Assembly: GCA_964016885.1 (NCBI GenBank)
Contig: OZ024743.1
Coordinates: 46,934,001 to 46,998,000, forward strand
Source of the DNA: Eledone cirrhosa
Taxonomy: Eukaryota
Length of the DNA stretch: 64,000 nucleotides
Direction: 5' to 3'
Shown here: positions 45,147 through 56,280 of the stretch, piece by piece
Numbering within the stretch: position 1 is the stretch's first letter
Layout: each line of letters begins with the position of its first letter
Translations under genes and position numbers: made by a program
The notes under the pieces: generated by a model
Told to the model about the DNA's origin: nothing
Databases searched by the model: none
The model's input: the letters and a program-made list of their open reading frames with translations, nothing else

Positions 45147-45510
45147 TAAACCCTTTCATGACATATTTTAATGAGTATCACAATGAAAAATGTGGAAGGA
45201 TTTCTTCAAATTATTAAACATTTCTTTATTTTAATATTAACATATTTCTTTAAGCTTTTCATTATCATATTTCTAATGAGAGACATTGGCTATGATTTTC
45301 AAATTATTTTGAAAATAATCAGCAATTTGGAATGAATTAGTAATATAACTAATTTTATCCTTATTAAGCTGGTGTTTGGAACATAACTTAACAAAGGTTC
45401 TAACATAAAGTTATGATGGGAAGTTTTTTTAAATATAAATATAAACACTTTAAAACAGTTTTGTGATATGAAACCAGGGTCAATAGCAGGTTTGGTAATG
45501 GGTGAGTTAA
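45147..45510 (+). mobile_element. piggyBac-like MITE (family B), diverged
   Basis: Starts TTAAACCCTTTC; internal TTATTAAGCTGGTGTTTGGAACATA and CACTTTAAAACAG are shared, inverted, with 62694-63175; ends GAGTTAA. Confidence 0.6.
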
Positions 45511-46006
45511 ATATAAATTAAACAAAACAGTTGACACTGGAGTTGACAATTTACTGTGTCATACTGCCATGACAATCAATAATTCATTGGTGGCAATAAA
45601 AGTTCCAAATAGAACATTGATTTTATTGATTATTTAGAACTGGAGGATATATTTTCTTATTGTTATGGATTGATTGAGAAAGTGTTTTGCTTGTATCCAT
45701 GTCCCCATCACAGCTAGCCAATATGGTGCTTCTAATAGCTTTCACCAATATTCTTAAAGAGGCAATGAATTGGCAGAGCCAACACAGCTGAATGAGCAAG
45801 CCATGGTCTCCTGACTTGAACTGTCTCATAACGGGACAATCTGTCTAACCCATGCAAGTATGGAAATGCATGTTAAAAGATGATGACGATGATGATGATG
45901 ATGATGATTACAACGTCAGATAGATTGCTTTGTGGTATTTGTTCCAGCTCTCTGCTCTCTGAGTTCAAATCCTGCCAAGGTCAAATTTGCCTTTCACCCT
46001 CTAGAG

Positions 46007-46594
46007 CAGAGGTTCTCAAAGTTGGTGCTACCAAACCTGGGGGAGAATGTCCAGGGGGTGCTTCACCCTAAGGGGGTGGTAGTGGTGGTTGGGAGGTGGA
46101 AGAGATGATATAATAGTATATTAAATATCTAATGATACATATCTATATATCTAAAACAGAGAATGTCTGTCTGTCTGTCCTCCTAAAACTCAAGAACCAC
46201 CCAACCGATTTTAAAACTTTACACATGTAATACTTATGTTCGTGTGAATGTTTTGAGCAAAAGATATTTCAAATTTTCAATGCCGTAAGGACCGCAATAG
46301 GCACCGGTTAGCGATCTCTCTCTCTTTCTTATTCTGTCTTTTTTAGATAGATACATAGCTATAACGTCGTGCCCTACGACATTATGAAAACATAAAACGC
46401 AGAAGTAAATATTTCGAAAAACGTTGCAACCGAAGGAAAACAGGAAGATGATACTTTGGTTCGTGAAGACGTTCCCTGGCAATGAACGGAAAAAAGCGAA
46501 GATAATACGTCAGCAATGAGAACAATATTTGCTCTAGGGTTCTTATATATTTGATATATATTTATCCTTATCAAGCCCTCTTTGATTTGACTAA

Positions 46595-46651
<57 letters not shown>

Positions 46652-46655
46652 CACA

Positions 46656-46721
<66 letters not shown>

Positions 46722-47387
46722 TTATATATATATATATACACTATATATATACATATATACACACACAGATAGCGAAGTCAATGTTTTCCTAATGTCGTAA
46801 TGCAGATAGATACACAGCTATAACGTCGCGACCCGGTTAAGACGGCACTCATGGCTTAGCAATTACATAGTCAACGGTTCGGAAATCATATGCATCACTG
46901 ACGAGTTTACTCCTTACTCTACCAGTTAGTCTTAGTGTACTTGGTCCTGCTTTTAGGTCATGTCTCGAAGGAAGAGATACTCCATTGGCCGAAATACTGT
47001 AAAAGCGGCAAGAAAAAGAACAAGGCGAGCAAACGTATCGTCAGTGGAATCTGCTATTCGACGGTCGCAAGGCCGAGGTATTTCGTACTTCTCTGTACTG
47101 TTTCAGAAAGGAGCGATAAACATGCCAATCTATGTTTAGAATCCCGAGCAACGCCGGGCCATTCTGCTAGTAATATATAAATATAGTAAAATAAAAAATA
47201 TATAATATTTGTTTATACATAGTATATATTATATTATTTATTATATATAAATTAATTTATGATTATATTTATTACATATTATTTACAATTTGCATGTAGG
47301 CAGGTCTTTCTGGAAATAGGGTTGGGGGTGGTGAGGTTATTATGTGGCTGTGATGAGGGGGATCGCTCAAAAAGTTTAGAACCTCTG
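46007..47387. mobile_element. hAT/Charlie-like MITE
   Basis: TIRs CAGAGGTTCT(C)AAA / TTTAGAACCTCTG; perfect 8-bp TSD CTCTAGAG (45999-46006 and 47388-47395). Confidence 0.93.
46142..47170 (+). mobile_element. Non-autonomous Helitron
   Basis: 5' TC, 3' CTAG, subterminal hairpin CCCGAGCAACGCCGGG (47143-47158); inserted between A and T with no TSD; an empty site is present in the MITE copy at ~4520. Confidence 0.92.
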
Positions 47388-47930
47388 CTCTAGAGGTTGA
47401 TAAATAAAGTACCAGTCCAGTATTGAAGTTGTCTCCTCTTCTTCACTTCTTCTTTATCACTCTTTATCTCCGCTGGAAGAAATCAGCTTGTTCAGACCTG
47501 GAAAAGATGGGTTCTACCAAGTTTAAAATACCCAAGAAACGTTGTATGCCACTACAGTGCCCCTACAACTCCATCAAAAATTATATATTCTTTATAGACC
47601 TTTTATAAGTTGTTGTGGCTTTGTTCTTTATATTTATTGCTGGATTGAGTAAATAGTGACATTCCCATTCTAACATTGTATAACCTCTTTCCTTTGCTGA
47701 TTGATACATTTCAGGAAAGTTCTGAACTTTTAAAATCCCTCTTTCTTCATTCTTTACCGTAGAGGTATGCTTATGGATGATATTATTATTGTCATAGTAA
47801 CAGAAGCAATGGAGTGTCGCACTAATTGTCTTAAAATACTTAGTTTTATTCTTAGAGAGGAAAGAGAGAGTGTGTGAGAGTGAAGGAGAGAGAGAATACA
47901 TTATTAATGCATAAGATATATGAAATTCTT

Positions 47931-48020
47931 TGTATGTTTGTATGTATGTATGTATGTATGTGTGTATGTATGTATGTATGTATGTGTGTATGTAAGTATG
48001 TAAGTATGTATATGTATGTG
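47931..48020. repeat. (TATG)n microsatellite
   Basis: Directly visible. Confidence 0.95.
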
Positions 48021-51000
48021 TCAGGTTGCTCTCGAGTGCTACTGGTAAAATGTAACCCAGTACTACCTGTCTCATGGTCGGGTCGTCGGCGACTAAACCG
48101 GCAACCCCATCAAGCGTGCTTGGTGAGGAGGGTGATATTTGGACACCCTATGGAATGAAATACAAGACCAGGCAAAGGGGGAGGAACTCAGCAGAGTCAA
48201 CGGCCATACAAATAGTACTTTTTTTTTTTTTTTTTTTTACCTGGGAGTGAAGGCCCCCCTGTTGTTGTCACAAGACCTTTCTAGGAGAGGGAAACTCTGA
48301 AAAAAAACCTGCGGCTTTGGAAGCATCTAATGATGTTGACCAGTTCTCCTTTTCGGGTAGTGTTTTCGATGCTCAGAGAGTGGGATTGGTCGTGTGCAAG
48401 GCCTTTCTCCACTTAAAAAAACCTTCAAAGCACAGACATCGCTAGTTCAGGATCTGTTACAGGTTCGTGTGGCTGGCCGTAGCCTAAAAGTGCACCAAAC
48501 TCTATGATGACAGATGATAACCTTGAAGTCAATGGCAGTAAGGGCTCTGGAACTTATTGTGAAGGGGTCTGGCCGCAGGTATCCCATGGCAACGCAACAT
48601 GAGCCCAGTCATCATCCTACAACTGCAAGGAGGTTCAAACCTCTGAATATTGGATGTTGGAATGTAAGAACTTTACTGGATTCCCAGTCCAGTAAAACTC
48701 GCCCTGAAAGAAGATTTGCTTTGGTGTCGAGGGAACTCGATCGCTATAGCATGGACATCGTTGCTCTTTCAGAAACGAGATAGCAGGTGAGGGTCGATTC
48801 ACAGAACAGAAGGGAGGATATACCTTCTATTGGAGTGGTGGAGCAGAGGGTTGTAGGAGAGAGGCAGGGGTCGCATTTGCAGTCAGGAATAGAATCGTCT
48901 CAAAGCTGGAAAATCTTCCTTATGGATTCAATGATTGGATAATGTCCATGAGAGTCCCTCTGATTCAAAACCGTTTTGTGACTCTGGTCAGTGTGTACGC
49001 TCCTACTATGTGTGCTAGTGATGATGAAAAACTAAGTTTCTACATGTCTTTGAGAGAGGTCATCCATGGTATACCTTATGCAGACAAGTTGTCATCCTTG
49101 GTGATTTTAATGCACGTGTTGGTAATGACTGGGAAGCTTGGAGTGTGATGGGCAGGCATGGAGTAGGTAAGTGCAATAACAATGGCCTACTTCTGTTGCA
49201 GATGTGCACTGAGATGGATCATGTTGTTGGGAACACGCTCTTTCAGCAGAAAGACAAATATAAGACAACTTGGATGCATCCAGGTTCCAAGAATTGGCAC
49301 CTTATTGACTTCGTTTTAATGAGAAAACGTGATATCAGGGATATCACATTGGTTCGTGTATTGCGAGGCGCAGAATGTTGGACTGACCATCGTCTGGTGC
49401 GCGCCAAGTTTCAATTTGTTGTGAAGCCCAAAGTAAGAGGGAAGAAGGTTGCACTTCCAAGACAACTAAACGTGGCTCGTCTGAAAACAGAGAAAGTCAG
49501 AGCTGAGCTGTCAAGGTCCCTTGAGTCCATGGAATGTGAAAACACTTGGGAATCATTGAAGAAAACCGTCTATGATGTTAGTGCTGGAGTTTTGGGTCAT
49601 ACCAATAGAAAGCTTAAAGACTGGTTCGATGAAAATGATCCAGTGATCCAAACCTTGCTTGAAGAGAAACAAAAAGTGCTGACGTCATTGTTGTGTGAGA
49701 CACGTTCTGACAGGAGTGACCGGACCTTCAGGCAGATCAAGGCACGTGTGCAACATCGATTGAGAGCCATGCAGGATACCTGGTGGAGCCAAAAGGCTGA
49801 TGAAATCCAAAAGGCCTCAGATAGACATGATACAAAGCTCCTATACAGTCTGCTCAAGGAGGTGTATGGTCCGACTGGTTCACAAATATCACCACTTCAC
49901 TCCGGGGACGGCAAGGAATTGCTTAGAAATGCGAAAGAAATCCTGATCAGGTGGCATGACGACTTTGATGAGCTTCTCAACAGACCATCAGAAATTGATG
50001 ATGAGTTCATCCGGTCGATTCCATCCAGACCTACAAAGCTGGCAATGACTGATCCTCTTCATTTGGTGAGGTGGCGAAGGCCATTGCCAAATTAAACAGC
50101 GGTAAGTCACCTGGAATGGATGGACTGAGTGCCGAGATTTTCAAGTGTGCTGGTGATAACTTCTTAAACCGCCTCACTGATCTCTTTGTGAATGTTTGGA
50201 ATGAAGAAGATGTGCCACAGGATTGGAAAGATGCATTGATGGTGGTACTTTACAAAGGAAAGGGAGCCAAAGATGACTGTGGCAACTACAGAGGTATTTC
50301 ACTGCTATCTGTGACTGGGAAGATCTTGTGCAGGATATTGTTGGACAGATTGATACAGCACATTGCTGTTGAGGTACTTCCTGAGTCCCAATGTGGCTTT
50401 AGGAATGGCAGAGGCACTCTTGACATGATCTTCTTGGCCAAACAACTTCAAGAGAAATGCATTGAGCAGCGCATGGACTTATACCAAGTTTTTGTCGATC
50501 TGACCAAGGCATTTGGCACCGTTAATCAGAAGGCTTTGTGGGTTATTTTGGAGAGATTGGGCTGTCCTGAAAAGTTTGTGAACATTCTGAAACTTTTCCA
50601 CGATGACATGCAGGCATGGGTGAATGTTGGAAGTAAACTGTCTGAGCCAATCTTGGTTGAAAATGGTGTCAAGCAGGGTGATATACCTGCACCAACTTTG
50701 TTTGCCTTGTATTTTGCGATGGTCTTCTTCATGGCCTTCAAGGATTGTCAACACGGTATCTATCTCAGATATCGCACTTCCGGCAAGCTGTTTAACCTTA
50801 GGCATCTCACTGCCAACACTAAGGTACTGAGTACCTTGATCAGAGAATTTTTATATGCAGATGATTGTAATCTCTTTTCACACTCCCAGAGTGACATGCA
50901 ACATCTTATGGATTCTTTTTCCAATGCGTGCAGTGCTTTGGGACTGACAATCAGTCTGAAGAAGACTGTCGTCATGTATCAACCTGCTCCAACCCTTCAT

Positions 51001-51848
51001 ACACGTATACGGTCAAAAGCTGAAGGCTGCTGACACATTTGTGTATTTGGGGAGTACTCTGAGTGTGACCTGCTCTCTGGATGCAGAGGTTGGTCTACGT
51101 GTTAGTAAGGCAAGTGAGTCATTTGGAAGGCTCAACGACCATCTGTGGAGCAGGCGAGGAATCACAATGAGGACCAAGGTGAGAGTGTATGCTGCATGTG
51201 TACTGTCAGCTTTGCTGTATGCATGTGAGACATGCGTTGCCTACAAATGGCATATCCACAGGCTGGAACGGTTTCACCAGCAGTGTCTCAGAAAGATGCT
51301 TGATATCAAGTAGCAGATGCATGTGAGTGATGTTGAGGTCCTTGAGAGAAGTGAGTGTCGGAGCATTGAGAATATCATCCACCAACGGCATTTGCGATGG
51401 ACCGGACACCTCTGCAGAATGGAGGATGATCGAATCCCAAAACAACTCTTGTATGGCGAGCTTTGTGAAGGTACGAGACCACCTCACAAGCCAAAGCTCC
51501 GATTCAAGGATTGTGTAAAGGACTCATTGAAAAAAACTGGTTTGATGATGGCTGACTGGGAGATAAAAGCACTTGAAAGAGAAACTTGGCATGGAATGGT
51601 GAATGATGGGGTCCATAATTTTGAGGATAGACGCATAGAGCACAAGAAGATCAAAAGGGTTGTGCGTAAGCAATGCCCTGGTGTATCTCTCGAAACAATC
51701 GGTGTCTCCATTGAATTGAAGTGCCCTGAGTGTGGAAAAGTTTTCTTGAGCAAATCTGGTTTCAGGAGCCACAGTCGTAGCCATGTTCAAAGAGAACCAG
51801 TGAACTATGATCTCCATGGTGTTGTGAGGGTTCACGGGCAACCTGATG
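48021..51848 (+). mobile_element. Near full-length RTE-clade (BovB-like) LINE, inactivated
   Basis: ~500-bp 5' UTR followed by APE endonuclease and RT fragments in the correct order; exact boundaries are inferred. Confidence 0.9.
48514..51848 (+). pseudogene. Disrupted APE-endonuclease/reverse-transcriptase ORF with a C-terminal C2H2 finger
   Basis: IGCWNVRTL, DIVALSETR, SVYAPT, HLIDFVL, TDHRLV, GKSPGMDG, NYRGISLL, FVDLTKAF, GVKQG, YADD, YLGS, LRWTGHLCRM and CPECGKVFLSKSGFRSHSRSH; stops at 48781 and 51311, frameshifts near 49090, 50060 and 50995. Confidence 0.95.
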
Positions 51849-51888
51849 CGGGGCCTCAAGCCAGGGAGATCCATAGTTGTTGTCAGTT

Positions 51889-52506
51889 ACGTCCGAATGA
51901 GTAACCTCCACCTCCAACTATCTTACCCTCTGTCTCTTAGTCCCAGCCAACAGGATGGACAATACATTGCCTTGGCAGATGGCGAGGGAGATGTGCTGGA
52001 ACAGCCACTCCACTTCCTGGGGCTCACACTTGAGGGTAGCCAACTCTGCTATGACAGCTGTGAGCAGGGATGTGGTCAAGGGGTCAAGAACACCAGAATT
52101 CTTCACTGCCACAAACTTATCAGATAGCGGCTGATACTTGGACAGTTTGCCCTCTTTCACTTGGTGGGTGTTTGTGTGTGTGTGTGTGTCTGTGTCTGTA
52201 TGTGTGTGTCTGTGTCTGTATGTGTTTGTGTATGTATGTGTGGGTGGGTGGGTGTATGTGTATGTGTGTATGTGTGTCAGTATGTGTGTGTCTGTGTGTG
52301 TGTGTGTCTGTGTCTGTATGTGTTTGTGTATGTATGTGTGCGTGTGCGTGTGTGTATGTGTGTGGGTGGGTGTGTCTGTGTCTATATATGTGTGTGTGTG
52401 TGTATGTGCGTGTATGTGTGTATGTGTGTATGTGTGTTTGTGTGTGTGTATGTGTGTATGTGTGTGTATGTGTGTATGTGTGTGTATGGGTGTTTGTGTG
52501 TGTGTA

Positions 52507-52546
<40 letters not shown>

Positions 52547-53720
52547 TGTATGTGTGTTTGTGTGTGTGTGTGTATGTGTGTGTATGTATATATGTGTGTG
52601 TGTATGTGTGGAAGTCGTCACTGCCACAAACCTATCAGACAGTGGCTGATACTTGGACAGTTTGCCCTCTTTGACTCGTTGGGCAGAAAAGCTTGGACTG
52701 GTTGCCGCTAGAGAAGGTGACACAGCACCTGGTGGAGTAATGGTTGCACATCTGAGACGGAGACTCTGAAGGCCTCTGCATCGTAATTGACATTCATGAC
52801 ATCTGATTTGGAGGAGTTGAACTTGAGGCTGATCCTTGACAGAGTGGGAACCACTGATTGGGGATCATGACAGACATTCTCTGTGAGCCCGCCTATCATT
52901 GCATCATCCAGGTACTAGACGTTGAGATGGGTTATGATGGTCCAAGCAATGCTGTTCACCTTGAGAGCAAAAAGGAGGAGGCCAATGGATCGCCCTGTTG
53001 GATGCCAGTTGAGGATAGTATTACCTTGTCCACAATGAGGAGCATGCTTGGGATCTGCATGACATGTAGGCCAGCGGGTTGGTGGACGGGGCATGGGCAA
53101 GGGAAGCCTTGAGCAAGGGGTCACAACACAAACAGTTCAAGGTATTTCTCATGTCAAGCTTGACAATGAGATATCTGGAATCACTCGACGCCGGTTTGGG
53201 AGGACAGTCGTTGATGAACTGTCTTGCAGCGTGGACAGCTCTCTTGCACCCACTGGCCATGCCGACGCCCAGCTGCACTGGGCTGAGTTCCTTGCCTAGC
53301 TTAGGTGCAACAGACTTGCAAATGATCTTAGCTGCGAGCCTCTGGAAGACATTTCCTATTGCAATGGGGTGTATTTCACCATCTTTCTTCCTGAGAGTGG
53401 TGAGGCAGGCTGAAAAGAAGAAACCTCAGAAATAAGGATTCAGAGCGCTGTGAATAAAACTTAATGAGGGCCATAATTGCACTCAGCAGGTGGTCCCCAG
53501 CTTTGGCAGTGAGGGGGGACACCAAACCTTTGAGGTGGCCAGGCTGGAGACCACCAGTACCTTTGCTACTGCTGGCAGGGAAAGACCTCAGCGTAGAGAC
53601 AATGTCTCCCTTGGATGCCACATATAGAGGTGGAGGGTCAGGTGAGTGTATGGATCTGGGTTCTGCAGGTAACTCGTGATGTTTAGCTGAAACATCACCC
53701 TCAATAAGTTTGACGTTTAC
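51889..53720 (-). mobile_element. Decayed, internally deleted CRE-clade (RLE) non-LTR retrotransposon
   Basis: SSKGTGGLQPGHLK, QLGVGMASGCKRAVHAARQF, IVKLDMRNTLN and C-terminal WLFQHISLAICQGNVLSIL resemble the CRE motifs SAxGPDGLRPxHL, QLGVGxxGGCEAAVH, LDFxNAFN and QRLSxAxQRGNA. Confidence 0.8.
52165..52610. repeat. Degenerate (TG)n/(TGTA)n microsatellite inside the CRE element
   Basis: Directly visible; flanked by ~55-bp direct repeats. Confidence 0.95.
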
Positions 53721-53742
53721 CCAGTTGCATAAATGTAAAGTC

Positions 53743-53850
53743 TGTGGCCTAGAGTTAAGTGGTTGGACTCATGATCATAAGATCGGGGTTTCAATTTCTG
53801 CACTAGGAAGCATGTTGTATTCTTGAGCAAGATATTTTATTTTACACTGC
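53743..53850 (+). mobile_element. SINE family 2 head, diverged
   Basis: TGTGGCCTAGAG, GGTTTCAATTTC and CTTGAGCAAGATATTTTATTTTACACTGCT. Confidence 0.7.
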
Positions 53851-54369
53851 TTTTTATGATCTGACTAGGGCTATTATCATTAAAGCACACAAGAAATCTT
53901 CTATCAGATGTAAGTTCTTAGGAGGCCTACTAAACCTGCATATATGTGAGAAGAAATTCCATTTTTCATTTCATTTCATAATGGCAAATTAATGTGTCTG
54001 CATATGAAATTATTAAAATTAGAGATCCAGTTATTTATTTAAGCCAAAGCTGTGTTTGCATTGATCTTTATTTCTTCTTTAATGTGAAATCTTCAGCTAA
54101 AAAGAAAAAAGAAGAAAAAAAACCTACGAAAACCAACAAAAAAAACAAACAAACAAACAGCTTAATAAGATCTTTACAAAAAATTAAAATACACAAATAA
54201 CGAATATATAAGGAAAACTTTCAAAGTATTTAACAATAAACAATTGTTGATAATATTTAATTTAACAAGTTTTAAATAAAGACTACACTTCTCGTTACTG
54301 GTACACATTTTACACTTGTTTCATGGCAATAATATTACATATTTGTTAATAAAACAAACATTACCATCG

Positions 54370-54419
54370 TCTTTCATTCTTCATTTCTCTCTTTCCTTCT
54401 CTCATTCATTACTTACCTG

Positions 54420-54506
<87 letters not shown>

Positions 54507-54722
54507 TTCTTTCATTCTTTTCTTTCTTTCTTTCTTCCTTGCTTCCTTTCTTCCTTCCTTCCTTTCTTTCTTCATTCCTTTCTTCATTCCTTTCTTTCTT
54601 TCCTTTCTTTCTTTCTTTCTTTCTTCCTTTCTTTCTTTCTTTCTTTCTTCCTTTCTTTCTTTCTTCCAGTCTTACTTTAGTTTTTTATTTCTTCTTTACT
54701 CTCTTTCCTTTTTATCTTTTTT
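54370..54722. repeat. (TTTC)n/(TTCC)n microsatellite
   Basis: Directly visible. Confidence 0.95.
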
Positions 54723-54723
54723 C

Positions 54724-54830
54724 CTGCCTAGGCCTGCTTGGAGAGCATAGGCAGAGATGATTGTCAGTAGTCTCCTGCCTACAACTAATCTAAGCTTAAT
54801 TATTCGATCACTAACTCGAACTACCTCTAT
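54724..54830 (-). pseudogene. Isolated RTE endonuclease fragment
   Basis: Encodes IEVVRVSDRIIKLRLVVGRRLLTIISAYALQAGL, matching the APE SxRI...ISAYAPQxG motif. Confidence 0.8.
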
Positions 54831-54843
54831 TATATATATATAT

Positions 54844-54886
<43 letters not shown>

Positions 54887-55042
54887 GAGTGGTAATAGTT
54901 TGTAAAAATATTCGAGGTACAGAACAACTCAAGCCCATTGGATGAGTTTTAATATAATTATTAAGGTCAGTTACTAGAACAGCGCCATACTAGGTATGAT
55001 TCGTTGAACTGGAGGGCCAACTTGTTCAACCTGTGCTGATGT

Positions 55043-55094
<52 letters not shown>

Positions 55095-55095
55095 G

Positions 55096-55128
<33 letters not shown>

Positions 55129-55199
55129 GTTTGTATATATATATATATATAGAATAAGGAAAAGCGAAGTAGTTTCAGATACTCAAGTCTTTTAATAAT

Positions 55200-55301
55200 A
55201 ATTGTTTCTACTTTAGGCACAAGGCCAGCAATTACCCAGTGCATTACTGGTACTTTATTTTATTGACCCCGTAAGGATGAAAGGCAAAGTCAACCTCGGC
55301 G
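55200..55301 (-). mobile_element. SINE family 1, 5'-truncated, present only in the left arm of foldback 1
   Basis: Same body as 10051 and 12903; absent from the right arm at ~56107. Confidence 0.88.
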
Positions 55302-56032
55302 AATGCTGTGATATCTATTTCAATGACGACACTGGCCACACTGTTCTGTGTGCCAGTGTCGCGACATCGCCAGACACCTTGTTACATAATAAGGTTATGT
55401 TTCCGAGGCAATCCAAATTGAATCGACATGGGAACGGATGAAGTGCGTGCTTTTGGGTTCTTCATCCGTTCCCCTGTGAGTACCAATTCACCCCCACCGG
55501 TCTGCGCAGGCGCATGTCCGAAGGAAGTTGACCATTAGCTACCACAGATTTCAACGAAATTCGCTTAGTCAGTCCCCCCCTCTCAGCCAAACAATGACCC
55601 ATTCAGGTCTGTACCATAGTTTACTGCTACCCATCCCGACTGTGGCAGTCAGCCGAAAGCCAGAGGGGATGGGAGAGTGTTAGTTTTTACAGGTCACAAT
55701 ACTACCTCTCACCAAGCATGGACAGTACAACTGACCATCAACCCCTAAGAGAAAATATACTTAATTCTAGGTATCATGGTTTTACATTAGAAGTTATGAC
55801 TGCCACAGACGGGATGGGTAGCAGTAAACTATGGTACAGACTAAGCGAATTTTGTTGAAATTTGCGGTAGCTAATGGTCAACTTCCTTCGGACATGCGCC
55901 TGCGCAGACCGGTGGGTGTGAATTGGTACTCACAGGGGAGTGGATGAAGAACCCAAAAGCACACACTTCGTCCGTTCCCATGTCGATTCAATTTGGATTG
56001 CCTCGGAAACATAACCTTATTATGTAACAAGG

Positions 56033-56102
56033 TGTCTGGCGATGTCGCGACACTGGCACACAGAACAGTGTGGCCAGTGTCACCATTGAAATAGATATCA
56101 CA
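56033..56102 (+). ncRNA. Hammerhead-like motif with a variant core (mirror copy at 55307-55376 on the minus strand)
   Basis: TGT-CTGGCGA-long stem II (GACACTGGC/GCCAGTGTC)-GAAA-TAGATA-TC-ACA; core position A6 is G in both arms. Confidence 0.45.
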
Positions 56103-56237
56103 GCATTATTATTAAAAGACTTGAATATCTGAAACTACTTCGCTTTTCCTTATTCGATATTTACTCCGTCACTCCTATGTGGAAAAAGTACGTTGAGTGC
56201 TTGAATTGAATTGCATCAATGTTTACCCTAAGAAGTA

Positions 56238-56279
<42 letters not shown>

Positions 56280-56280
56280 C

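Larger units (their letters stand above)
45759..47573 (+). mobile_element. SINE family 1 copy hosting an RTE-tail insert (~45781-45908) and a hAT MITE
   Basis: Removing the inserts restores collinearity with 1788-2090. Confidence 0.75.
55152..56235. mobile_element. Foldback element 1: inverted arms 55152-55651 and 55797-56155, probably an inverted Penelope-like pLTR pair
   Basis: ~360 bp of highly similar reverse-complementary sequence; hammerhead-like motif in both arms; flanked by (TA)n. Confidence 0.75.

Noticed and set aside
48021-48500. HDV-like ribozyme in the RTE 5' UTR
   Set aside because: Known for some RTEs, but I could not fit the nested double pseudoknot by eye
48514-51904. Active LINE, or a host C2H2 zinc-finger gene
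   Set aside because: Multiple stops and frameshifts; the finger is the C-terminus of the RTE ORF
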